A DNA stretch of 64,000 bases from an uncultured Pelagibacteraceae bacterium (GTDB lineage Bacteria; Pseudomonadota; Alphaproteobacteria; Pelagibacterales; Pelagibacteraceae). Positions 37,604 to 46,045 of the stretch are shown one piece after another. A program made the position numbers and the translations under genes. Location: contig CACJOY010000005.1 of assembly GCA_902595125.1 (NCBI GenBank), positions 2,433 to 66,432 on the forward strand, written 5' to 3'. Below the pieces are notes generated by a model. That model was not told where the DNA came from. It did not search any database and saw only the letters and a list, made by a program, of their open reading frames with translations. Position 1 is the stretch's first letter. The number at the start of each line of letters is the position of its first letter.

Positions 37604-40600
37604 ATGAGTAAAAAATTATTTGTTCCTGACATAGGTGAGTTTGAGAATGTTGAAGTAATTGAACTTTTAGTAAAAGAGGGCCAAGAAATTAAAAAAAACG
37701 ATCCTGTAGTAACAATTGAAAGTGACAAGTCAAGTGTAGAAATTCCATCTTCAATAGAGGGAAAAATAGAAAAAATTGAGGTTAAAGTAGGAGATAAAGT
37801 TTCTAAAGATGATTTGCTTTTGACTATCTCAAATAATGAAATTGTTTCTTCTGAAGTAGAGGACGTTCCAAAAAATACAGAGAATTTAATTCAAGAAGCT
37901 GAAACATCTTTAAAAAAATCCCAAGAACAGCAATTTTCAAAATCTGAAAATGAAATTTCAAGTAAAAAATTTGAAAAAAAAAAAGAAGAACCAAGTAGTT
38001 CTCAAAAAAAAACTACCAAAATTCAATTACTAAATAAAGATGATATTGATCCACAAGAAACAAGCGAATGGCTAGACTCCTTGTCATCAGTCATTGAAAA
38101 GGACGGTAATAAAAGAGCTCATTATTTAATTAAAGAGTTGATCAATAAAGCATATACAGCAGGAGCGAATATTCCATACACACAAAATACCCCATACATA
38201 AACACAATTCCAGTTAGTGAAGAGAAGAAGTCTAATGGAGATCAAAATATTGAGAGAAGAATAAGATCTTTGATAAGGTGGAATTCAGCTGCAATGGTGG
38301 TGAGAGCAAATAAAAAACATCCTGAACTTGGAGGACATATTGGAACATTTGCTTCAGCTGCAACACTTTATGATGTTGGAATGAATCATTTCTGGAGAGC
38401 AAAAAACAATAAGTTTGGAGGAGATTTGATTTATTTTCAAGGTCATAGTGCACCAGGAATGTATGCAAGAGCTTTTCTTGAGGGAAGGATGACTGAAAAA
38501 CAATTAGATAATTTTAGACAGGAAGTAAATCCTGGAGGGCTATCTTCTTATCCACATCCGTGGTTGATGCCAAACTTTTGGCAATTTCCGACAGTATCTA
38601 TGGGATTAGGTCCAATGTTGGCAATTTATCAAGCAAGATTTATGAAATATTTAATAAATAGAGGCTTAATAAAAGACGAGGGAAGAAAAGTTTGGGCATT
38701 TTTAGGAGATGGTGAAATGGACGAACCTGAGTCCTTAGGTGCGATTGGTTTAGCTGCAAGAGAAAAATTAGACAATTTAATATTTGTCATAAACTGTAAT
38801 TTACAGAGACTAGATGGCCCAGTTAGAGGTAATGGAAAAATAATTCAAGAACTAGAGGGAATTTTTAGGGGTGCAGGGTGGAATGTTATTAAAGTTATTT
38901 GGGGATCTTATTGGGACTCTTTACTACTCAATGATAGCACAGGACATTTAGTTAAAACTATGAACGAAACAGTTGATGGCGAATATCAGGCAATGAAAGC
39001 CAGAGATGGTGCCTATGTGAGGGAAAAGTTTTTTGGAAAATATCCAGAAACAAGAGAATTGGTATCAAGTCTATCTGATAAAGATATTTGGAGATTAAAC
39101 AGAGGTGGTCATGATCCTCATAAAGTCTTTGCTGCTTACGATAAGGCATCAAAAAATGTCGGCAGTCCTACTGTAATAATTGCAAAAACTATCAAAGGAT
39201 ATGGAATGGGAAAAAGTGGTGAAAGTGTAAATACAACACACCAAACTAAAAAATTAGATATTGAAGATTTAATGTATTACAGAGACAGATTTGATGTACC
39301 ACTTACAGATGAACAAGTGAGAAATATTGAATATTATAAACCTGATCAAAATTCAGCTGAGATAAAATATATTAAAGAGAGAAGGCTTCAACTTGGTGGG
39401 TTTATTCCTGAGAGAACCACCTACGCAAAACCTATTAAAACCCCTCCTAAAAATATTTTTGATAATATGAAAGAGTCTACTGGCAAAAAGGAAATGTCAA
39501 CAACAATGGCTTTAGTCAGAATGTTAACAAACCTTCTTAGAGATAAAAATGTTGCACCAAGACTTGTTCCAATTATTCCTGATGAAGCAAGAACTTTTGG
39601 TATGGAGGGATTTTTTCAAAAAGTTGGGATTTACGCCCATGAGGGACAGAAATATGAACCAGAAGACTCTGCTCAATTAAGTTCTTATAGAGAAGAAAAA
39701 AGTGGTCAAGTTCTGGAAGAAGGTATAACAGAAGCAGGTGCTATGTCGTCATGGATTGCTGCTGGAACGTCATACACTAATCATGATATTGAAATGATCC
39801 CAATTTACTTATTTTATTCAATGTTTGGTTTCCAAAGGATAGGAGATTTTGCATGGGCAGGTGCTGACAGTCAATCACGTGGTTTTTTAATTGGAGCGAC
39901 TGCTGGAAGAACTACTCTCGCGGGTGAAGGATTACAACATCAAGACGGCCATAGCCATTTATTAGCTTCAACAATTCCAAATTGTATTTCTTATGATCCA
40001 ACTTTTCATTACGAGTTAGCTGTAATTTTTAGAGAGGGATTGAGAAGAATGCATGAAAAAAAGGAAAATATTTTTTATTATATTACAACAATGAATGAAA
40101 AATATCCTCATCCTGAAATTCCTAAAGATAAAAAATATGAAGAAGGAATTTTAAAAGGCATGTATAAAATTAAAGAATTTAATAATCATAAAAAAACAAA
40201 GTTACAATTTCTTGGATCTGGTTCAATTTTAAGGGAAATGATATCTGGAGCAGAAATATTGCAAAAGGAATACAAAATAGACAGTGAGATTTGGAGTGTG
40301 ACCAGTTTTAATGAACTTAGAAAAGATGGATTAGAAATTCAAAGATATAATCTTCTTAACCCCAACAAAGAACAAAAAAAATCATATGTTGAAAAATGTC
40401 TTGGCGGAACTGAAGGTCCAATATTAGCAGCATCAGACTATATGAGAATGAACTCAGATCAAATTCATCCTTATATAAATAAAAGTTTTTATTCTTTAGG
40501 AACTGATGGATTTGGAAGAAGCGATACAAGAAAAAATTTAAGAAAATTTTTTGAGGTTGATAAAGAGCATATAGTTGCGTATGGACTAAGCGTTTTAGCA

Positions 40601-40690
40601 AAAGAGCAACTTTTAGCTTCAAAGTATGCTACTGAGGCTATGAAAAAATATAAAATCGATAGTGAAAAACCAATGCCAACTAAAATGTAA
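37604..40690 (+). CDS. aceE: Pyruvate dehydrogenase E1 (homodimeric AceE type) with N-terminal lipoyl domain
   Basis: N-terminus VPDIGEFENVEV...IESDKSSVEIPS (lipoyl-Lys motif), charged linker, then DIDPQET.EW, GGHIGTFAS, PTVSMGLGP, GDGEMDEPES, GEGLQHQD. Confidence 0.96.
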   Translation: MSKKLFVPDIGEFENVEVIELLVKEGQEIKKNDPVVTIESDKSSVEIPSSIEGKIEKIEVKVGDKVSKDDLLLTISNNEIVSSEVEDVPKNTENLIQEAETSLKKSQEQQFSKSENEISSKKFEKKKEEPSSSQKKTTKIQLLNKDDIDPQETSEWLDSLSSVIEKDGNKRAHYLIKELINKAYTAGANIPYTQNTPYINTIPVSEEKKSNGDQNIERRIRSLIRWNSAAMVVRANKKHPELGGHIGTFASAATLYDVGMNHFWRAKNNKFGGDLIYFQGHSAPGMYARAFLEGRMTEKQLDNFRQEVNPGGLSSYPHPWLMPNFWQFPTVSMGLGPMLAIYQARFMKYLINRGLIKDEGRKVWAFLGDGEMDEPESLGAIGLAAREKLDNLIFVINCNLQRLDGPVRGNGKIIQELEGIFRGAGWNVIKVIWGSYWDSLLLNDSTGHLVKTMNETVDGEYQAMKARDGAYVREKFFGKYPETRELVSSLSDKDIWRLNRGGHDPHKVFAAYDKASKNVGSPTVIIAKTIKGYGMGKSGESVNTTHQTKKLDIEDLMYYRDRFDVPLTDEQVRNIEYYKPDQNSAEIKYIKERRLQLGGFIPERTTYAKPIKTPPKNIFDNMKESTGKKEMSTTMALVRMLTNLLRDKNVAPRLVPIIPDEARTFGMEGFFQKVGIYAHEGQKYEPEDSAQLSSYREEKSGQVLEEGITEAGAMSSWIAAGTSYTNHDIEMIPIYLFYSMFGFQRIGDFAWAGADSQSRGFLIGATAGRTTLAGEGLQHQDGHSHLLASTIPNCISYDPTFHYELAVIFREGLRRMHEKKENIFYYITTMNEKYPHPEIPKDKKYEEGILKGMYKIKEFNNHKKTKLQFLGSGSILREMISGAEILQKEYKIDSEIWSVTSFNELRKDGLEIQRYNLLNPNKEQKKSYVEKCLGGTEGPILAASDYMRMNSDQIHPYINKSFYSLGTDGFGRSDTRKNLRKFFEVDKEHIVAYGLSVLAKEQLLASKYATEAMKKYKIDSEKPMPTKM

Positions 40691-40691
40691 C

Positions 40692-41621
40692 ATGACTTTA
40701 GATGATAATACTTTTCTGATGCCTGCATCACCTAAGGTAAGGAAATTTGCTAGAGAATTGGGTGTTGATATAAATGAAGTTGCGGGTAGTGAAAGGTTAG
40801 GAAGAGTAACGGAAAAAGATATTAAATTATTTGTTTCAAAAAAAAACAATCAAAAAGATAGCACTAAAACAAAAGACGATAGCAACATTATTCTCGAATA
40901 TTCTCATTCTGAATTTGGAAATATAGAAATAAAAGAAATTCCACGAGTAAAAAAAATTTCATCAAAATATTTAATCAATTCATGGCGCAATATTCCTCAT
41001 GTAACAAATCATGACGAGGCTGATATTACAGAAATGGAAGAATTTAGAAATTCTCTTACAGATATTTATACAGGTGAAAAAATGAAAATTACCCCTTTAG
41101 CATTTATAGTTAAAGCTTTGACCTTATCTCTTAAGAAATTTCCAAATTTTAATAGTTCAATAGATGAAATAGATAAAGGAAAAATAACATTAAAGAAATA
41201 CTTTCATATCGGAATAGCAGTAGATACAGAAAATGGATTAATGGTTCCAAAACTTAGAAATGCTGATAATAAAAAAATTTCTACAATTAGTAATGAGTTA
41301 AAGGAATTGAGTGAAAAATGTAGAAAACTTAAGATTGATAAAAAAGAATTATTTGGAGGCTCAATGACTATAACAAGTCTGGGAGGTATTGGGGGCTCAT
41401 TTTTCACACCAATCATAAATTTTCCTGAGGTCGCAATTTTAGGAGTAGGCCGATCACAAAAAAAACAAATATTTAAAGATGGAAAATTTGTTTCAAGGAT
41501 AATTCTACCGTTATCTCTTTCATATGATCATAGGATAATAGATGGAGCTGAGGCAGCCAGATTTAATAATGATTTGAAAGAAAATTTAGGTAAAAATTTT
41601 GCTTATAAATTAGCTTTATAA
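40692..41621 (+). CDS. aceF: Dihydrolipoamide acetyltransferase E2 lacking a lipoyl domain
   Basis: Begins at the subunit-binding domain (ASPKVRKFARELGVD...GRVT..D); catalytic domain IPHVT, PIINFPEVAILG, SYDHRIIDGA. Start at ATG 40692. Confidence 0.93.
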   Translation: MTLDDNTFLMPASPKVRKFARELGVDINEVAGSERLGRVTEKDIKLFVSKKNNQKDSTKTKDDSNIILEYSHSEFGNIEIKEIPRVKKISSKYLINSWRNIPHVTNHDEADITEMEEFRNSLTDIYTGEKMKITPLAFIVKALTLSLKKFPNFNSSIDEIDKGKITLKKYFHIGIAVDTENGLMVPKLRNADNKKISTISNELKELSEKCRKLKIDKKELFGGSMTITSLGGIGGSFFTPIINFPEVAILGVGRSQKKQIFKDGKFVSRIILPLSLSYDHRIIDGAEAARFNNDLKENLGKNFAYKLAL

Positions 41622-41651
41622 ATTTTGTTAATTAATTAGAATTAACCAAAA

Positions 41652-42749
41652 ATGATAGAAAATATAAAAATTTTACAAAAAGAATTGAATGTAAAGTTCA
41701 GTGATAAAATTCAAGATAATTTTCCATTTATATGGTTAAGAGATCATGCAAAAGATGAGTTAAATTGGGACGAAAGATCAAATCAAAGAAAAACTTTTAC
41801 AGCACAAATAGATTCAAATTTGCAGATTAAGGAAGCATTTATTTTAGATGGTGGTAAATCACTCAGTATATTATGGTCAGATTTAAATTCAGCTATTAAT
41901 TATTCACACGATTTTTTGAAAAAAAATATATTGAATAAAAAAACAAATACATCAAATTTTCAATTGTGGAAGATCGAAGATATAAATGAAAAAATTTTTA
42001 TTGACTACAAGTCAGCTTTATCAAATAAAGGTTTTAAGATTTTTTTAAAAAATTTATATGATTATGGTTTTTGTGTAATTAAAGATTGTCAAAAAGAAAT
42101 AAATACTGTTGAAAAAATCGCAAAAAAAATTGGTTACGTTAGACAATCAATTTTTGGAGGACTATGGAGTTTTGAGTCTAATGAAAATATGGCAGACAGC
42201 GCTTATACTTCAGAAGAATTAAGACCTCATACTGATGCAACATATAGTAATGATGCGCCAGGTCTTCAATTACTTTTATGCTGTCACTATAATGCTCAAG
42301 GAGGAGAGTCCATTATGGTTGATGGATTTAAAATTGCAGATGTTATCAAAAAGCAAGATAAAGATTTATTTGATATTCTATCAACTGTAGAGGTACCAGG
42401 GAATTATGTAGGTGATGGTGTATTTTTAGAGTCTCAAAGACCAATTTTCAAACTTGATAAAGACAAAGAAATTGTACAAGTAAGTTTTAATAATTATGAT
42501 AGAGCAGCATTTAGGTTAGAAAATGATTTAATGATAAAATTTTATGAGGCGATTAAAAAATTTGATCTGATGGCTAATCATGAGGATTTTCAATGGAGAC
42601 ATATATTAAAACCAGGAGAACTACTAATTTTTAATAATTGGAGAATTTTACATGGCAGAAAAGCTTTTAAAGGATCAAGAAAAATGTCAGGCTGTTATAT
42701 TAATAAAGAGGATTTCGACAGTGTGTGTAAAATCAATAATATAATTTAA
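41652..42749 (+). CDS. Trimethyllysine dioxygenase / gamma-butyrobetaine hydroxylase-like TauD-family enzyme
   Basis: N-terminal WLRDH domain, AYT...LRPHTDATY, PGLQLL.C, DGF, FNNWRILHGRKAF..R...GCY. Confidence 0.85.
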   Translation: MIENIKILQKELNVKFSDKIQDNFPFIWLRDHAKDELNWDERSNQRKTFTAQIDSNLQIKEAFILDGGKSLSILWSDLNSAINYSHDFLKKNILNKKTNTSNFQLWKIEDINEKIFIDYKSALSNKGFKIFLKNLYDYGFCVIKDCQKEINTVEKIAKKIGYVRQSIFGGLWSFESNENMADSAYTSEELRPHTDATYSNDAPGLQLLLCCHYNAQGGESIMVDGFKIADVIKKQDKDLFDILSTVEVPGNYVGDGVFLESQRPIFKLDKDKEIVQVSFNNYDRAAFRLENDLMIKFYEAIKKFDLMANHEDFQWRHILKPGELLIFNNWRILHGRKAFKGSRKMSGCYINKEDFDSVCKINNII

Positions 42750-42774
42750 ATCTTAAGGTTTAAATTTTTTTATT

Positions 42775-43668
42775 ATGAGTAAATCTTTTTCAATATTCTG
42801 TGCACTGATAACCACCTTTATCTGGGGAACAGCTTTTATTGCACAAGATACTGGAATGGATAACATTGGGCCTTTAACATTTAATGCCTCTAGATTTGTT
42901 GTTGGATTTATTGTCATACTTCCTTTTGCATTTATATTTGAGCGGCATAAAATAAAAAAAGAGATCCAATCTCACAAGTACGTATTTTTTAAATTATTAA
43001 TAATAATGGGTGTTTCACTTTTTTTAGGAACAGCGTTACAGCAAACATCTTTAAAATTCACAAATGTTGCAAACGCTGCCTTCTTTACTGTTTTTTATGT
43101 TCCATTAGTTCCAATATTATTATTCATTATTTACTCCAAAAAAGTTCATTGGAGTATATGGCCCTCAATTTTGTTATGTATTTATGGTGTTTATTTATTG
43201 AGCAATTTTGCAGATTCTCAAGTAATGCTTGGCGATGGATTAGTGATTTTATGTTCTTTATTTTGGGCTTTTCATATTATTTTTGCAGGAAAATTTATGG
43301 AAATATTTGATATACCAATTTTCTATGCATCAGTGCAAGCTTTAGTAGTTGCAAGTTTATCAATCATTTTTGCTTTACTATTTGAGGAAATAAATTTTTC
43401 TAATATAATTTTAGAAAGTACATCAATAATTTATGCAGGAGCATTATCTGGAGGTATAGCTTTTACCTTACAAATGTTTGCACAAAAAAATATTGAGGAA
43501 GCGCCAGCAGCAATAATATATTCTTTAGAAGGTGTTTTTGCAGTAATAGCAGCATGGATAATTTTGAATCAAGTTTTAGAAGTAGATAACATTATTGGTT
43601 GTATTTTAATTTTATTGGCAGTTTTGTTTTCTCAGCTGGCTCCTATGAAAAAATCTAATAATAAATAA
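42775..43668 (+). CDS. DMT/EamA-family transporter
   Basis: Two EamA repeats: IWGTAFIAQ, AAFFTVFYVP, LGDGL, YSLEGVFA..AAW. Confidence 0.9.
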   Translation: MSKSFSIFCALITTFIWGTAFIAQDTGMDNIGPLTFNASRFVVGFIVILPFAFIFERHKIKKEIQSHKYVFFKLLIIMGVSLFLGTALQQTSLKFTNVANAAFFTVFYVPLVPILLFIIYSKKVHWSIWPSILLCIYGVYLLSNFADSQVMLGDGLVILCSLFWAFHIIFAGKFMEIFDIPIFYASVQALVVASLSIIFALLFEEINFSNIILESTSIIYAGALSGGIAFTLQMFAQKNIEEAPAAIIYSLEGVFAVIAAWIILNQVLEVDNIIGCILILLAVLFSQLAPMKKSNNK

Positions 43669-44422
43669 TAAAGATTAATATTAATGCAACAATTATTCTA
43701 TAAATTACGAATACACTTAATGAAAATTTGTTAATATAAAACAGAAAAAATCTAATTGTAATATACGAAAATAAAAAAGATAAAAATATAGATATTGCAA
43801 TTAAATAGTTAATTTCAATAGACTGAGAAGTAATATTTTTAAGGCTTAAAAAGCTTGCTCCAGTTAAAGCTGGTATGGATAATAAAAAAGAAATTTTACC
43901 TGAGTCCACTCTACTATACTTTAAAAATCTTGCAGCTGTCATTGTTATTCCTGCACGGCTAACACCAGGAATCAAAGCAAGAATTTGGAATAATCCTATA
44001 AATAAAATAGATTTTATATTAAGATTTGAAGAAATATTTTTATCAATTTTTCTTTGATCCGCAAAGTAAAGAATGATCCCAAAAAATAAAGTTGTCCATG
44101 CAATAACTTTAATATTTCTTAGTAAATGTATAGTCTCGGTGGTATATAAAAAATAACCAAAAAATATGAGAGGAAGAGATCCTACAGTCATTAAAATCAG
44201 AAGTTTTCTATTGTTTTTTAAATCGAACAATTCTCCTCTAAAATAAAATACAATCGCTATTAACGATCCAAAATGAAGACCTACATCTATTAATAAAGAG
44301 CTAGACCTAAAATTATAAAAATTTGATACTAAAATTAGATGGGATGAAGAACTAATTGGTAAAAATTCTGAAATTCCTTGAACAGCGGAAAGAATTATTA
44401 TTTCTATAAAATCTTGGATCAT
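43655..44422 (-). CDS. uppP: Undecaprenyl-diphosphate phosphatase
   Basis: QGISEFLPISSSSHL, LHFGSL, QILALIPGVSRAG.T, SFLLSIP. Confidence 0.96.
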   Translation of the reverse strand: MIQDFIEIIILSAVQGISEFLPISSSSHLILVSNFYNFRSSSLLIDVGLHFGSLIAIVFYFRGELFDLKNNRKLLILMTVGSLPLIFFGYFLYTTETIHLLRNIKVIAWTTLFFGIILYFADQRKIDKNISSNLNIKSILFIGLFQILALIPGVSRAGITMTAARFLKYSRVDSGKISFLLSIPALTGASFLSLKNITSQSIEINYLIAISIFLSFLFSYITIRFFLFYINKFSLSVFVIYRIIVALILIFIIYY

Positions 44423-44528
44423 ACTATTGTCGTAACTTAAATAATATCCATTTTAAACAATTCGATTTAATCATATTAGGTATGCAAATTTTTTTTTTTA
44501 TACATTTTAAGCTAAATAAAGATAATTA

Positions 44529-44549
44529 TAGGTCATAATAACTGACCTA
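44529..44549. promoter_or_regulatory. Perfect 7-bp inverted repeat (operator-like) in the uppP/gltD divergent region
   Basis: TAGGTCA-TAATAAC-TGACCTA, upstream of a TATAAT at 44578-44583. Confidence 0.5.
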
Positions 44550-44605
44550 AATAATACTTTTATTAGTAAAAACAATGTATAATTTGCCTAAAATCTAAAA
44601 ATTTT

Positions 44606-46045
44606 ATGACAGATAAAATGTTAAAATTTGTAAAAATAGGTCAACAAACTCCACCTAAAAGGAAGGTCGGCAATAGAAAAGAAGATTTTAAAGAAATCTA
44701 TGATGAGTTTATTACCAAAAAAGCTGAGGAACAGTCAAGCAGATGCTCTCAATGTGGAGTTCCATTCTGTCAAGTTCATTGTCCTTTGAGTAACAACATA
44801 CCAGATTGGTTAAAACTTACGGCCGAAGGAAGATTAAAAGAGGCTTACGAATTATCTCAAAGTACTAACAACATGCCAGAGGTATGCGGAAGAATTTGTC
44901 CTCAGGATAGATTGTGTGAAGGTAACTGTGTAATTGAACAATCAGGCCATGGAACAGTAACTATTGGTTCAGTTGAGAAATATATTAACGATACAGCTTG
45001 GGACCAAGGCTGGGTAAAACCAATTATTTTGAAACATGAGAAAGACCAAAGTGTTGGAATTATTGGTGCTGGTCCAGCAGGTCTAGCAGCTGCCGAACAG
45101 TTAAGAAAAAATGGATATAAAATAACTATTTATGATCGATATGATCGTGCGGGTGGATTATTGATTTATGGTATTCCTAATTTCAAACTTGAAAAGCATG
45201 TAGTTGAGCGTAGAACAAAATTATTAAAAGATGGTGGTATAAAATTTGTTCAAAATTTTGAAGTTGGTAAAGATGCATCCTTAGAACAATTACGAAAAAA
45301 ACATGATGCAATCCTAATTGCTACCGGTGTTTATAAGCCAAGAGAAGTAGAATTACCTGGTAACGATTTGAATAATATTTTCCCAGCAATGGAATTTTTG
45401 ACAGCGTCAAATAAAAAAGGTTTAGGTGATAAAGTAGAGTTATTTGAAAAAGGAACTTTAAATGCTGAGGGAAAAGATGTTGTTGTAATAGGTGGTGGTG
45501 ATACAGCTATGGATTGTGTTAGAACATCAGTTAGGCAAAAAGCAAAGACTGTTAAGTGTTTATATAGAAGAGATAAAGAAAATATGCCTGGGTCGGCCAG
45601 AGAAGTTGCAAATGCTGAGGAAGAAGGTGTTGAGTTCGTTTGGCTTTCAAGTCCCAAAGAATTTAAAGGTAAAAATAAAATTGAGGGAATAGTTGTTAAC
45701 CAAATTGAATTAGGCAAACCAGATGAGACAGGAAGACGAAGACCAGAAATCAAAGAAGATTCAGAGTTTGAGTTAAAAGCAGATATGGTAATCAAAGCTC
45801 TTGGATTTGATCCAGAAAATTTACCACTATTATTTGATGCTCAAGAATTACAAGTAACAAAATGGGGAACAATTAAGACTGACTTTGATACTATGCAAAC
45901 AAATTTAAATGGAGTTTTTGCTGCAGGAGACATTGTAAGAGGAGCTTCATTAGTAGTATGGGCAATTAAAGATGGAAGAGATGCTGCTTCTTCTATGAAA
46001 ACATATCTTGAAGATATGGAAATAAAAAAAACAAAAGTAGCATAA
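44606..46045 (+). CDS. gltD: Glutamate synthase small subunit
   Basis: RCSQCGVPFC...CP, CGRICPQDRLCEGNC, GAGPAGL, GGGDTAMDC, FAAGD.VRGASLVVWA. Confidence 0.98.
   Translation: MTDKMLKFVKIGQQTPPKRKVGNRKEDFKEIYDEFITKKAEEQSSRCSQCGVPFCQVHCPLSNNIPDWLKLTAEGRLKEAYELSQSTNNMPEVCGRICPQDRLCEGNCVIEQSGHGTVTIGSVEKYINDTAWDQGWVKPIILKHEKDQSVGIIGAGPAGLAAAEQLRKNGYKITIYDRYDRAGGLLIYGIPNFKLEKHVVERRTKLLKDGGIKFVQNFEVGKDASLEQLRKKHDAILIATGVYKPREVELPGNDLNNIFPAMEFLTASNKKGLGDKVELFEKGTLNAEGKDVVVIGGGDTAMDCVRTSVRQKAKTVKCLYRRDKENMPGSAREVANAEEEGVEFVWLSSPKEFKGKNKIEGIVVNQIELGKPDETGRRRPEIKEDSEFELKADMVIKALGFDPENLPLLFDAQELQVTKWGTIKTDFDTMQTNLNGVFAAGDIVRGASLVVWAIKDGRDAASSMKTYLEDMEIKKTKVA

Noticed and set aside
40619-40731. Programmed frameshift fusing aceE and aceF, and the 40662 start
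   Set aside because: aceE has a clean TAA followed 1 nt later by an ATG that gives a sensible E2 start; no convincing slippery site with a stimulatory structure.
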